From positions 9,587 through 73,586 of the forward strand of contig JBBQRQ010000009.1 in the NCBI GenBank assembly GCA_038214755.1: DNA of 64,000 bases, given 5' to 3'. The notes beneath the pieces were generated by a model. It made no database searches and had not been told where the DNA came from. It saw only the letters and a program-made list of their open reading frames with translations. The DNA comes from Verrucomicrobiota bacterium (GTDB taxonomy: Bacteria > Verrucomicrobiota > Verrucomicrobiia > Limisphaerales > CANJXF01). Positions 54,034-62,050 of this stretch are shown here, one piece after another; the stretch's first letter is position 1, and each line of letters starts with the position of its first letter. The position numbers and the translations under genes are program-made.

Positions 54034-57000
54034 TTACTCGCCCATCGGCGCGAAGGCGCGCAGGGCGTGACCCGTATGACTTTCGGCGTGCGCGGCGATG
54101 GATTCCGGCGTGCCGACGGCCACGATTTTTCCTCCGTCAACGCCGGCTTCCGGTCCCAGATCGATGGCCCAGTCCGCCGATTTTATCACATCCAGATTAT
54201 GTTCGATGACGACGACGGAATGACCGGCATCGACGAGGCGTTGGAAAACTTTCAGCAGCACCCGCACGTCATGAAAGTGCAAACCGGTCGTCGGCTCGTC
54301 GAAGAGAAACAACGTCGGTTTTTTTTGTCCGCTTTCCGCAACGTTGGCTTCGGCCAAATGACTGACCAATTTCAGGCGTTGGCTTTCCCCGCCCGAGAGC
54401 GTGTTGATCGGCTGGCCGAGACGCAGATAACCCAAGCCCACTTCCTGAAGCAGCCGCAAACGTTCAACGCCGCGTTGGGCGTGGCGTGATTGGGAAAAGT
54501 CTTCCAAAAAGGCAATCGTTTCATCGACCGTCGCTTCCAACAGATCGGCGATGCTCCAGCCTGAAGTTGAGAGTTGAGAGGTGAGGGTTGAGCGGCGGAA
54601 TAACTTTGAACTTTGAACCTTAAACTTTGAACTCAACCTGATTTCCAAAATGTGCGGGCGATAACGGCGGCCATTGCATTCCGGGCAGCGAATAAAAATG
54701 TCACTGAGAAATTGCATTTCAATTTTTTCAAAGCCCGCGCCCCGACATTTTTCGCATTGGCCTTGTGCGGAATTAAAACTGAAGGCGCTCGCGTTCAGAC
54801 CGCGTTGGTTGGCCAAGTCCGTTTGCGCAAAGAGTTCGCGAATCTCGTCGAAGGCGCCGATGTAAACCGCCGGGTTGGAGCGTGGGGTTTTTCCCAGAGG
54901 CGATTGATCCACCAAAACGACGCGCCCCAAATTTTCCCACCCAGAGAGTTGGATTTTGGAATTCGGATTTGGGATTTCGGAATTTTCCTGGTCCTCCTCC
55001 GCCTGAATTTTGTCTCCGATCTGCTCTTTCTTGAAATTCGTCTCGAGAGCGGGCAACAAAACATCGCGAACCAACGTCGTTTTTCCAGAGCCGCTCACGC
55101 CGGTGATGCAGACAAAGCGGGTGAGCGGAATCTCGACAGAAATGTTTTTTAAATTGTGCGTCGATGCGTTGCGCAAAACCAGTGTGCTGCCGACATTCTG
55201 TCGGCAGTTCGCGAGTGGGGTTGATAAGTTTTCTGCCGACAGAATGGCGGCAGCACTTTGAACCTTGCGCCGTTGTGGGATTTTAATTTTCTTTTTCCCG
55301 CTTAGATATTTTCCCGTCAGCGAAGTTTTTGATTTTAGGATTTCACGAAATGTTCCTTGAAAAACCAGTTCGCCGCCCGCTGCGCCGTGACCGGGGCCGA
55401 GATCGACAATTTGATCAGCGGCGCGCATCACGCTGCTCTCGTGCTCCACAACGACGACGGTATTTCCCGAATCGCGAAGACGCTGAAGAATTTTTATGAG
55501 ACGCTCCGTGTCGCGCGCGTGCAAGCCGACGCTCGGTTCGTCGAGGACAAAAAGCGTGTTGACCAAACCGGAGCCTAGACACGTGGTGAGATTGACGCGC
55601 TCGGTCTCACCGCCGGAAAGTGTGCGCGTGGCGCGATCCAAAGTGAGATAGCCCAAGCCAACTTCATCGAGAAATCTGAGGCGCGATTGCACCTCGTTCA
55701 TCGCGAGAACGAGTGGGTCGGTCGATTGGAAATTTTTGCGATGCGATTGAAGCGCTTCCACAAATTGCAATGCGTCTCGAATCGAGAGTTGGTAGAAATC
55801 GGCGATGTGGATTTGGGATTTACGATTGACGAGTGACGCGTCGTTGGGAACTTCGCTCGTAAATCGTGAATCCGAAATCGTAAATCCCAAAGTGTTCGGT
55901 TGGAACCGTGTTCCGCCGCAATCCGCACAAGTTTTATATAAACGATAACGCGACAGCAAAACGCGGACATGCATTTTGTAAGCTTTGGATTCGAGCCAGC
56001 GGAAATAACCTTTGACGCCATACCACGCTCGAGGCCATTCGTGCGCGGAATCCTTTCCGTAACCGGGGTCGCCTTCGATGACCCAATCCTGAAATTGGCG
56101 CGGCAAATCTTTGAACGGAATATTCGTCGGAACTTTTCGCAGTTTGCAAAATTTCAGGAGGTCCTGCTGCGACTCCGCGCCTTGTCCGGTCTGCCACGGC
56201 CGCACCGCACCTTCGGCCAAAGTTTTCGCACGGTCTGGAATGGCGAGATCGTAATCAATCGCGATGGTGCGACCGAAGCCGCGACAAGTCGGGCACGCTC
56301 CGAGCGGATGGTTGAAACTAAAAAGGGCAGGAGAAGGCTCGCGGTACTCGATGTCGCAATGCGCGCAGTGAAAACGGTTGGAGAAGAAACGCGGAACGGG
56401 GAATGCGGAACGCGGAATGACATCAACTTCGCGAATCGACAGTTTTCCTTTTCCAAAATGGTAGGCTTGCTCGCAGGCTTCGACGAAGCGTTTGCGATTG
56501 GAGTCAATTAACTTCAAGCGATCCTGGACGACGGTGAGCGTGGTTGGTTTTAATTTCGACAACGCGTCGAGCGATTCATCAACGCGCAAAATTTCGTTGA
56601 CCACCAACAATCGCTGATAGCCTTGTTTGGAAATCAGCGCCAACGATTCTTCGAGTGAAATTTTTTCGGAAAGTGGAATGTCGAACGTAATGAGAATTTC
56701 ATCGTAGCCGCCAATTTCATCGTAGCCGCCGACGTGAGGAGGCGGATGGATCGAACGCGTATCAGACCGCCTCCTCACGTCGGCGGCTACGATATTTTCC
56801 CAAATCATTCGCGGCGAATCTTTGCGCACGAGTTGTCCGCAATTTTTGCAATGGAGTTGCGCCAGATGCGGCCAGAGCAATTTCGCGTAGTCGCAAATTT
56901 CCGTCATCGTGCCGACAGTGGAGCGCGTGGTCTTGACGGTGTTGCGTTGTTCGATGGCGATGGCGGGGGGGATTCCTTCGATGCTGTCCACTTGCGGCTT

Positions 57001-57246
57001 GTCCATGCGGTCGAGGAACTGGCGGGCGTAGGGCGAAAAAGTTTCGACGTAACGTCGCTGCCCTTCGGCAAAAAGTGTGTCGAACGCGAGGGAACTTTTT
57101 CCAGAGCCGCTCAAACCGGTGATGACAATCAATTTTCCGAGCGGCAGATCGAGGTCGAAATTTTTGAGATTGTTATGGCGCACACCGCGAAGGCGAATGA
57201 ATTTTGGCGCGGACTTTTTGAACATGGCGGCGGAATGTAAATCCAC
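54034..57246 (-). CDS. uvrA: UvrA-family ABC ATPase (paralogue 2, 1070 aa)
   Basis: RGVRHNNLKNFDLDLPLGKLIVITGLSGSGKSSLAFDTLFAEGQRRYVETFSPYARQFLDRMDKPQVDSIEGIPPAIAIEQRN. Two Walker A motifs, two LSGGE signatures, Zn-finger Cys pairs. Confidence 0.9.
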   Translation of the reverse strand: MDLHSAAMFKKSAPKFIRLRGVRHNNLKNFDLDLPLGKLIVITGLSGSGKSSLAFDTLFAEGQRRYVETFSPYARQFLDRMDKPQVDSIEGIPPAIAIEQRNTVKTTRSTVGTMTEICDYAKLLWPHLAQLHCKNCGQLVRKDSPRMIWENIVAADVRRRSDTRSIHPPPHVGGYDEIGGYDEILITFDIPLSEKISLEESLALISKQGYQRLLVVNEILRVDESLDALSKLKPTTLTVVQDRLKLIDSNRKRFVEACEQAYHFGKGKLSIREVDVIPRSAFPVPRFFSNRFHCAHCDIEYREPSPALFSFNHPLGACPTCRGFGRTIAIDYDLAIPDRAKTLAEGAVRPWQTGQGAESQQDLLKFCKLRKVPTNIPFKDLPRQFQDWVIEGDPGYGKDSAHEWPRAWYGVKGYFRWLESKAYKMHVRVLLSRYRLYKTCADCGGTRFQPNTLGFTISDSRFTSEVPNDASLVNRKSQIHIADFYQLSIRDALQFVEALQSHRKNFQSTDPLVLAMNEVQSRLRFLDEVGLGYLTLDRATRTLSGGETERVNLTTCLGSGLVNTLFVLDEPSVGLHARDTERLIKILQRLRDSGNTVVVVEHESSVMRAADQIVDLGPGHGAAGGELVFQGTFREILKSKTSLTGKYLSGKKKIKIPQRRKVQSAAAILSAENLSTPLANCRQNVGSTLVLRNASTHNLKNISVEIPLTRFVCITGVSGSGKTTLVRDVLLPALETNFKKEQIGDKIQAEEDQENSEIPNPNSKIQLSGWENLGRVVLVDQSPLGKTPRSNPAVYIGAFDEIRELFAQTDLANQRGLNASAFSFNSAQGQCEKCRGAGFEKIEMQFLSDIFIRCPECNGRRYRPHILEIRLSSKFKVQSSKLFRRSTLTSQLSTSGWSIADLLEATVDETIAFLEDFSQSRHAQRGVERLRLLQEVGLGYLRLGQPINTLSGGESQRLKLVSHLAEANVAESGQKKPTLFLFDEPTTGLHFHDVRVLLKVFQRLVDAGHSVVVIEHNLDVIKSADWAIDLGPEAGVDGGKIVAVGTPESIAAHAESHTGHALRAFAPMGE
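54562..54640. repeat. low-complexity short-repeat block (GTTGAG xN then CTTTGAAC xN) in-frame within UvrA paralogue 2
   Basis: tgaagttgagagttgagaggtgagggttgag...ctttgaactttgaaccttaaactttgaactcaac. Read as ..SSKFKVQSSKLFRRSTLTSQLSTS.. Confidence 0.55.
54949..54986. repeat. GGATTT(N)GG short direct-repeat tract in-frame within UvrA paralogue 2
   Basis: ttggattttggaattcggatttgggatttcggaatttt. Read as ..ENSEIPNPNSKIQ.. Confidence 0.5.
55184..55256. repeat. 73-bp palindromic element in-frame within UvrA paralogue 2
   Basis: Arms gtgctgccgacattctgtcggcag and ctgccgacagaatggcggcagcac, with one mismatch. Read as ..SAAAILSAENLSTPLANCRQNVGSTL.. Confidence 0.8.
55810..55892. repeat. ~80-bp palindromic element in-frame within UvrA paralogue 2
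   Basis: Termini gatttgggatttacgatt and aatcgtaaatcccaaag. Read as ..TISDSRFTSEVPNDASLVNRKSQ.. Confidence 0.7.
56695..56793. repeat. palindromic element plus an adjacent 18-bp tandem duplication, in-frame within UvrA paralogue 2
   Basis: Arms atcgtagccgccgacgtgaggaggcgg (56719-45) and ccgcctcctcacgtcggcggctacgat (56767-93). aatttcatcgtagccgcc occurs twice in tandem (56695-712, 56713-730). Read as ..AADVRRRSDTRSIHPPPHVGGYDEIGGYDEI.. Confidence 0.85.
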
Positions 57247-57287
57247 GCGCGAAGAAGTTCAAATGAACGCCGGGTTCAAATGAATGC

Positions 57288-57329
57288 GGGGTAGCATCTG
57301 CCTCCGGCGGGTGCGGCAGATGCTACCCC
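57288..57329. repeat. REP-like family A, compact hairpin form
   Basis: ggggtagcatctgcc-tccggcgggtgc-ggcagatgctacccc. Lies between the methyltransferase stop and the UvrA-paralogue-2 start. Confidence 0.9.
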
Positions 57330-57338
57330 TTCAGATTG

Positions 57339-58658
57339 CTACCCGCGAAATACGACGATCCGGTTTGTGTTCGTGCCTTTGGAATTGTTATCCACGCCCC
57401 AGCAATTCGCTGTCTTGGTAAATTTCTGGTCGTTGATCAAAATCAGTTCGGGATTCAAACCGGCTGCGATGCCGCAGGGCAAAATGGTTTCTTCCAGCTT
57501 TATTTTTCCGCCACGAATTTCGCCGACTTCAAACGCCACGTGACCGCCCGGTTTCAACACGCGGCGCAGTTCGCGAAAAACTTCCGTCATCGCAATTTGC
57601 CAATCTTCCAATTTGCGCGGCACGGTCAGCTTTACATTTTTCGCGTCGATACCGACAAACCAACAGCGCAGCCAGTTGTCGCCCGCATAATCGACCACAT
57701 CGAGAAATGGCGGCGAAGTGACGACGAGCGAAACGGATTGATCAGGAATTTGCGGAGTGCTGGAAGATGGCTCCGTGAGAAGCAATGCGCGCGAAAAATT
57801 TTTCTCCAAATTCTTCCGAGTCTTCGCGTCGCAATCGCTCAACAATATCCGGCTTTTTTTCAAAATGAGTTCCGCGACATTTCGCTGCGGTGGAATTTGA
57901 TTTCGATCCAGATTTATTTTTTTCTGCGATCGCAAAGACACCGCCTGATTGGGCGGCAAAGTGTAAACGGAAAAAAATCCCGGGGAATGTCCGGTCAAAC
58001 GATTGAGCGCGATCATGCGAATCCAATCGTCCACCGGATCAAGTTTTCCCTCGGCGACGCGCAGTAATAAATATTTTTTGAGCGAGAGAATTTGTTGAAG
58101 CGTTTCAGGATGATAAAACACGAGCAAATCTTCCGGCCATTCGTCGTGATCGGAAAAGTTGATTTCATTCAAGCGTTGAGCAATTTGCGCAAGAGTCGGA
58201 GGACACAGACGCGGCCTGGTTAAAAAAGCGCTCAGCGGATTCACGTCACAACCGAATGGAATTCGTCCCAACAAAGCGGCTTCGACCAAAGTGGTTCCTC
58301 GTCCCATAAACGGGTCGTAAACGATTTCGCCGGGCGCGGTGAGTCGCTCGATGAAGAAGCGGGGTAGTTGCGGTTTGAAACAAGCGCGGTAAGAAATTTC
58401 ATGCAGCCGGCTCGCGGCGCGTTGTTTGGAAGTCCAGAATTCGTTGACGCAAGTTTGGACGCAAACGGATTCTCCGGTGAACGTCATCGCCGAAGTGACG
58501 ATCCATTGCGTGGGTTCGCCAAATTGGCGGAAAGAATTTAGTTTGCGCGCCAACGCGTCTGACGAAAAGTTGCCGTCGGCAATTTTTTCCTCAGCTAAAT
58601 CCGAAAAGGAAAGTTGAGTCACGCGACTATTTAGCAAGGCGAAAAGAGCACGAGTCAA
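57339..58658 (-). CDS. SAM-dependent N6-adenine/N4-cytosine-type methyltransferase (DNA, possibly RNA), with no adjacent nuclease
   Basis: SAM-binding motif IVYDPFMGRGTTLVEAALLG (about aa 112-131) and catalytic-type motif VVTSPPFLDVVDY (about aa 313). Confidence 0.65.
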   Translation of the reverse strand: MTRALFALLNSRVTQLSFSDLAEEKIADGNFSSDALARKLNSFRQFGEPTQWIVTSAMTFTGESVCVQTCVNEFWTSKQRAASRLHEISYRACFKPQLPRFFIERLTAPGEIVYDPFMGRGTTLVEAALLGRIPFGCDVNPLSAFLTRPRLCPPTLAQIAQRLNEINFSDHDEWPEDLLVFYHPETLQQILSLKKYLLLRVAEGKLDPVDDWIRMIALNRLTGHSPGFFSVYTLPPNQAVSLRSQKKINLDRNQIPPQRNVAELILKKSRILLSDCDAKTRKNLEKNFSRALLLTEPSSSTPQIPDQSVSLVVTSPPFLDVVDYAGDNWLRCWFVGIDAKNVKLTVPRKLEDWQIAMTEVFRELRRVLKPGGHVAFEVGEIRGGKIKLEETILPCGIAAGLNPELILINDQKFTKTANCWGVDNNSKGTNTNRIVVFRG

Positions 58659-58790
58659 ACGTCAAGAATCAATTCGCCAAAAATAAAAAACGGAACTTGC
58701 CAAGCAAAAGTTCGATGAATAGGCTGCGCGCTCCTTTTGGAAAACCAAGAGCAAAAGCCGCGGGAAAATCAGCCGCAGATATTTAAATTT

Positions 58791-59057
58791 ATGTCCGTAA
58801 AAATTCGCATGAAACGCATCGGAACAAAAAACGTTCCGGTCTTCCGCATTGTCGTCGCCGATAGCCGCAGCCCGCGCGATGGAAAATTCATCGAGGAAAT
58901 CGGCACGTATCAACCTCTGAAAAAAGGCGACAACTTTACCGTCGATTTGGAACGCGCCAATTATTGGGTGAGCAAAGGCGCGCAACCGAGTGACACCGTC
59001 GCCAGCTTTTTGAAAAAAGCGGGTCGCGCCGCCGCGCCAGTCGTCCCAGCCGCTTAA
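58791..59057 (+). CDS. rpsP: 30S ribosomal protein S16
   Basis: MSVKIRMKRIGTKNVPVFRIVVADSRSPRDGKFIEEIGTYQP. ATG 58791 is preferred over the upstream track start. Confidence 0.92.
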   Translation: MSVKIRMKRIGTKNVPVFRIVVADSRSPRDGKFIEEIGTYQPLKKGDNFTVDLERANYWVSKGAQPSDTVASFLKKAGRAAAPVVPAA

Positions 59058-59068
59058 GATTTTTTGCC

Positions 59069-59311
59069 ATGCAAGCCTTCCTTGATTTTGTGGTCAAAGG
59101 GCTGGTCAATCATCCCGAAGCGGTGACCGTTACACCCGTTGAGAAAAATGGGTTGACGGTTTACGAATTGCGCTTGCATCAGGACGATATTGGCAAAGTG
59201 ATTGGAAAACAGGGGATGACGATCAACGCCATTCGGTCCCTCTTGCTCGCTGGCAGTGCAAAAAAAGGTTTGCGTTGCACGATAGAAATCGTCGAGGAGA
59301 GACCGGCGTAA
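59069..59311 (+). CDS. KH-domain RNA-binding protein (YlqC/UPF0109 family)
   Basis: ..VYELRLHQDDIGKVIGKQGMTINAIRSLL.. has the GxxG KH motif. It occupies the conserved position after rpsP. Confidence 0.85.
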   Translation: MQAFLDFVVKGLVNHPEAVTVTPVEKNGLTVYELRLHQDDIGKVIGKQGMTINAIRSLLLAGSAKKGLRCTIEIVEERPA

Positions 59312-59312
59312 A

Positions 59313-59341
59313 ATTTTGCAGCGGCGCGTCTATGACCGCCG
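59313..59341. repeat. REP-like family B, single copy (attttgcagcggcgcgtctatgaccgccg)
   Basis: Near-identical to 60031-60059 (28 of 29). Fills the KH-trmD spacer. Confidence 0.85.
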
Positions 59342-59365
59342 TTTCGCGGAGAAAGTTTTCCGGGC

Positions 59366-60031
59366 ATGAAAATCGACGTGCTCACTTTGTTTCCCGAAAT
59401 GTTCGTTGGGCCGCTGGATTTCAGCATGGTCAAGCGAGCGCGCGATGCGGGAATTTTGGATTTGCGGGTGATCAATCTGCGGGATTACACCCACGACCGT
59501 CATAAAACGGTGGACGATAAACCGTTTGGCGGCGGGCCAGGAATGCTCCTGAAACCGGAACCGATCTTTGCAGCGGTGGAAAATTTGGCGAATGAAAAAA
59601 CGCGCGTGATCATGCTGACGCCGGTGGGGCGAAAGTTTGATCAGCAAATCGCGCGCGAACTTTCGCAACAGGAACACTTGTTGTTTCTTTGCGGCGCGTA
59701 TGAAGGATTTGACGAACGTGTTCGGACGCTGGCGCAGGAAGAGATTTCCATCGGCGATTTCGTTCTGACCAATGGCGCGCTGCCGGCCATGTTGATCGTG
59801 GATGCGATCACGCGTTTGTTGCCCGGGGTTTTGGGTGACGAACAAAGTTCAGACGATGAATCGTTCAGTCGTGGGGAATTGGAGTATCCGCATTACACGC
59901 GGCCAGCGGAGTTTCGCGGGATGAAAGTTCCCGAAGTGTTGTTGTCCGGCAACCATGCGGAAATCGAGAAGTGGCGGCGCGAACAAGCAAAGTCGCGCAC
60001 AGAAGAACGCCGGCCAGATTTGTTGGAATAA
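59366..60031 (+). CDS. trmD: tRNA (guanine37-N1)-methyltransferase
   Basis: [18 protein letters not shown]...[39 protein letters not shown]. Confidence 0.92.
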   Translation: MKIDVLTLFPEMFVGPLDFSMVKRARDAGILDLRVINLRDYTHDRHKTVDDKPFGGGPGMLLKPEPIFAAVENLANEKTRVIMLTPVGRKFDQQIARELSQQEHLLFLCGAYEGFDERVRTLAQEEISIGDFVLTNGALPAMLIVDAITRLLPGVLGDEQSSDDESFSRGELEYPHYTRPAEFRGMKVPEVLLSGNHAEIEKWRREQAKSRTEERRPDLLE

Positions 60032-60115
60032 TTTTGTAGCGGCGCGTCTATGACCGCCGCTGAAATCGAAAAAGAATTTAATCACCGGCGGTCACAGACG
60101 CGCCGCTACAGAAAA
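60031..60115. repeat. REP-like family B, inverted pair forming a long hairpin between trmD and rplS
   Basis: attttgtagcggcgcgtctatgaccgccg (60031-59) and cggcggtcacagacgcgccgctacagaaaa (60086-115). Ends 8 nt before the rplS ATG. Confidence 0.85.
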
Positions 60116-60122
60116 GAAATTT

Positions 60123-60590
60123 ATGAACCAGGCAATATTAGATAAAATCGAAACATCCCAGTATCGCAAAGATAACGCGAAGTACGCCGTCGGCGATTCC
60201 GTGCGCGTCCACACCAAAGTCGTCGAAGGCGATAAAGAGCGCGTCCAGATTTTTGCCGGCATCGTCATTGGCAAACGCGGACACGGCTTGAACGAAACTT
60301 TCACTGTTCGCCGCATCAGTTACGGCGAAGGTGTCGAACGCATTTTTCCAAAGCATTCGCCACGCGTCGAAAAAATTGAAGTGGAACGTCGAGGCGATGT
60401 CCGCCGCGCGAAGCTGACCTACCTTCGCAAACGCATCGGCAAAGGCGCCACGTTGGTGAAGGAAAGAGGAACGACTCTCGCTGAACGAGAAACGCAGGCT
60501 GCAGACAAGAAAGCTGCGAAAGCCAGGACAGCGGCGGATAAAGCAGCGACGGCTGAAAAGACCGAGGCCACACCAGTCGCTGCGGAGTGA
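60123..60590 (+). CDS. rplS: 50S ribosomal protein L19 with a ~40-aa Lys/Ala-rich C-terminal extension
   Basis: ..[64 protein letters not shown].. Confidence 0.92.
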   Translation: MNQAILDKIETSQYRKDNAKYAVGDSVRVHTKVVEGDKERVQIFAGIVIGKRGHGLNETFTVRRISYGEGVERIFPKHSPRVEKIEVERRGDVRRAKLTYLRKRIGKGATLVKERGTTLAERETQAADKKAAKARTAADKAATAEKTEATPVAAE

Positions 60591-60599
60591 ATTCGTTCC

Positions 60600-60623
60600 C
60601 CCGGTTTGCTCACCGGGTTTTTT
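60600..60623 (+). terminator. rho-independent terminator after rplS
   Basis: cccggt-ttgctc-accggg followed by tttttt. Confidence 0.55.
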
Positions 60624-60727
60624 GTTAAGGAAGGCGACGAGAGAACCGCCCTGATTTTTGATTTGCTAGTTGAGGGGCAGCCCTGTCCAATCGCTCTCGC
60701 AGTTCAACTCTTAACTACAAAAAAATT

Positions 60728-60973
60728 ATGAAAAAATTATTCCGTTATGTCGCAGTTATGGCCGTCGTTTCCACTCTGTCCCTTGCTCAATCCGCCTTCG
60801 CCGGTGAATGCTGCAAGAAAGCCGCCGGCCAGGCCAAAGCCGGCAAAGTCTGTGAGAAATGCGTCGGCGACCATCAATGTTGCAAAGATGCCATCGCGAA
60901 AGTGACGAAGGACGGCAAAGCCAAAGAATGCGCCAAATGCGCTGCCGCAAAAAAAGAAGACAAGAAATCTTAA
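60728..60973 (+). CDS. small secreted Cys/Lys-rich protein (81 aa)
   Basis: Signal peptide MKKLFRYVAVMAVVSTLSLAQSAFA. The mature 56 aa have 8 Cys arranged as CC-x12-CxxC-x5-CC-x15-CxxC. A strong terminator follows. Confidence 0.55.
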   Translation: MKKLFRYVAVMAVVSTLSLAQSAFAGECCKKAAGQAKAGKVCEKCVGDHQCCKDAIAKVTKDGKAKECAKCAAAKKEDKKS

Positions 60974-60993
60974 GCACTCATCCATCGCGACCA

Positions 60994-61025
60994 TCCCATC
61001 CGGCCTGCTGCCGGATGGGATTTTT
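60994..61025 (+). terminator. rho-independent terminator
   Basis: tcccatccggc-ctgct-gccggatggga (11-bp perfect stem) followed by ttttt. Confidence 0.7.
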
Positions 61026-61073
61026 ATTTCACGTGGATTGCGTCCGGGCGAAGGAAACGGCTCGCGCTGGAAT

Positions 61074-62048
61074 CTAACTCCGCACTTGGTTACTGACTTG
61101 AGCAGTCAACGTCGCGTATGCCGCATTAATAATTTTGGATCGTTGCTCGGCCATTTGCTGCCAGTCTTTGTTCAACGTGGCGAACTTGTCGGGGTGGCAC
61201 TGTTTTATTTGCCGGCGATAGGCCGCTTTGATTTGGGCAAGTGAGGCCGAACGCGGAACTCCCAAAATCTTGTGCGGCCCCGTCGGCTCTTCTTCGGCAC
61301 GAGCAGCCGGAGGCGATTTGGACGAGCGAAAAGTCGGGTCGGGTTGAATTTTCACGCGCACCCCCAGCACGCGCCCGAGTTCAGCGCGCAGATCGCTCGT
61401 GAGAGAAATTCCGCTCGGCTCGCTCTGCAAAAAAATTACTCCGGCTATGTCGCGCAATTGCGGAAAAACTTTGACCGAATTTAATTCCGGCACGAGTCGG
61501 GCCAACTCCGTGAAGGAGACGCGCGAACCTTTTTCCAACAGAATGACTAAAATCTTCGCGCAACTTGCGATGTCCATGCGCAGCAGCGTGGCCGATTTGT
61601 AGAACATGGAAATGGCGGAGACGAACCATTGCGGCCCGACGTAAAGCATCTGCCGGAAAAATCCATCGTCCACGCCGGGACCGGACAAAAGAATGTTCAA
61701 TGCGCGAGCCAGACCCGCGTCGGACACGTGGACTTTTGCGGTTTTGTATTTGGCGTAGCGGAGGTGCTCGACGTTTCGCCGGTAGTGACTAATAAAAAGC
61801 CACACCAGAAACGCCGCGGAGAAGGTCGCGCAAAAGGGAATCGAGTTGCGAAGGTTGAGGTCAAAAGTAGTTTTCGCCAGCGTCGCGATGATCTCGAAAA
61901 GAATGAGTCCCACGACGAACGCGACACCAGTCGTGAAGGCGAGCACGACCAAGCTCGCCGCCAAACAAATCGCGCCCACCGGAATATTCAGGAGCGCTTC
62001 CGTCAGCGTTTGTTTGACCAACCATCTTTCGACGAGGGCGATTCTCAT
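61074..62048 (-). CDS. membrane protein with a C-terminal J domain (DnaJ-like)
   Basis: PHKILGVPRSASLAQIKAAYRRQIKQCHPDKF contains the HPD motif. N-terminal TM helices. Start moved to MRIALVERW (62048) because the track's first 14 aa are encoded by a REP-A copy. Confidence 0.7.
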   Translation of the reverse strand: MRIALVERWLVKQTLTEALLNIPVGAICLAASLVVLAFTTGVAFVVGLILFEIIATLAKTTFDLNLRNSIPFCATFSAAFLVWLFISHYRRNVEHLRYAKYKTAKVHVSDAGLARALNILLSGPGVDDGFFRQMLYVGPQWFVSAISMFYKSATLLRMDIASCAKILVILLEKGSRVSFTELARLVPELNSVKVFPQLRDIAGVIFLQSEPSGISLTSDLRAELGRVLGVRVKIQPDPTFRSSKSPPAARAEEEPTGPHKILGVPRSASLAQIKAAYRRQIKQCHPDKFATLNKDWQQMAEQRSKIINAAYATLTAQVSNQVRS

Positions 62049-62050
62049 TC

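Noticed and set aside
52235-58067. Plus-strand ORFs 52235-52966, 54028-54489, 54652-55152, 55969-56511, 56734-57240 and 57336-58067
   Set aside because: All lie antisense to the UvrA paralogues or the methyltransferase and show no independent support.
58696-58724. Candidate sigma70-like promoter upstream of rpsP (TTGCCA-17 nt-TAGGCT)
   Set aside because: The -10 match is weak and the promoter consensus for this lineage is unknown to me. It is not supportable from sequence alone.
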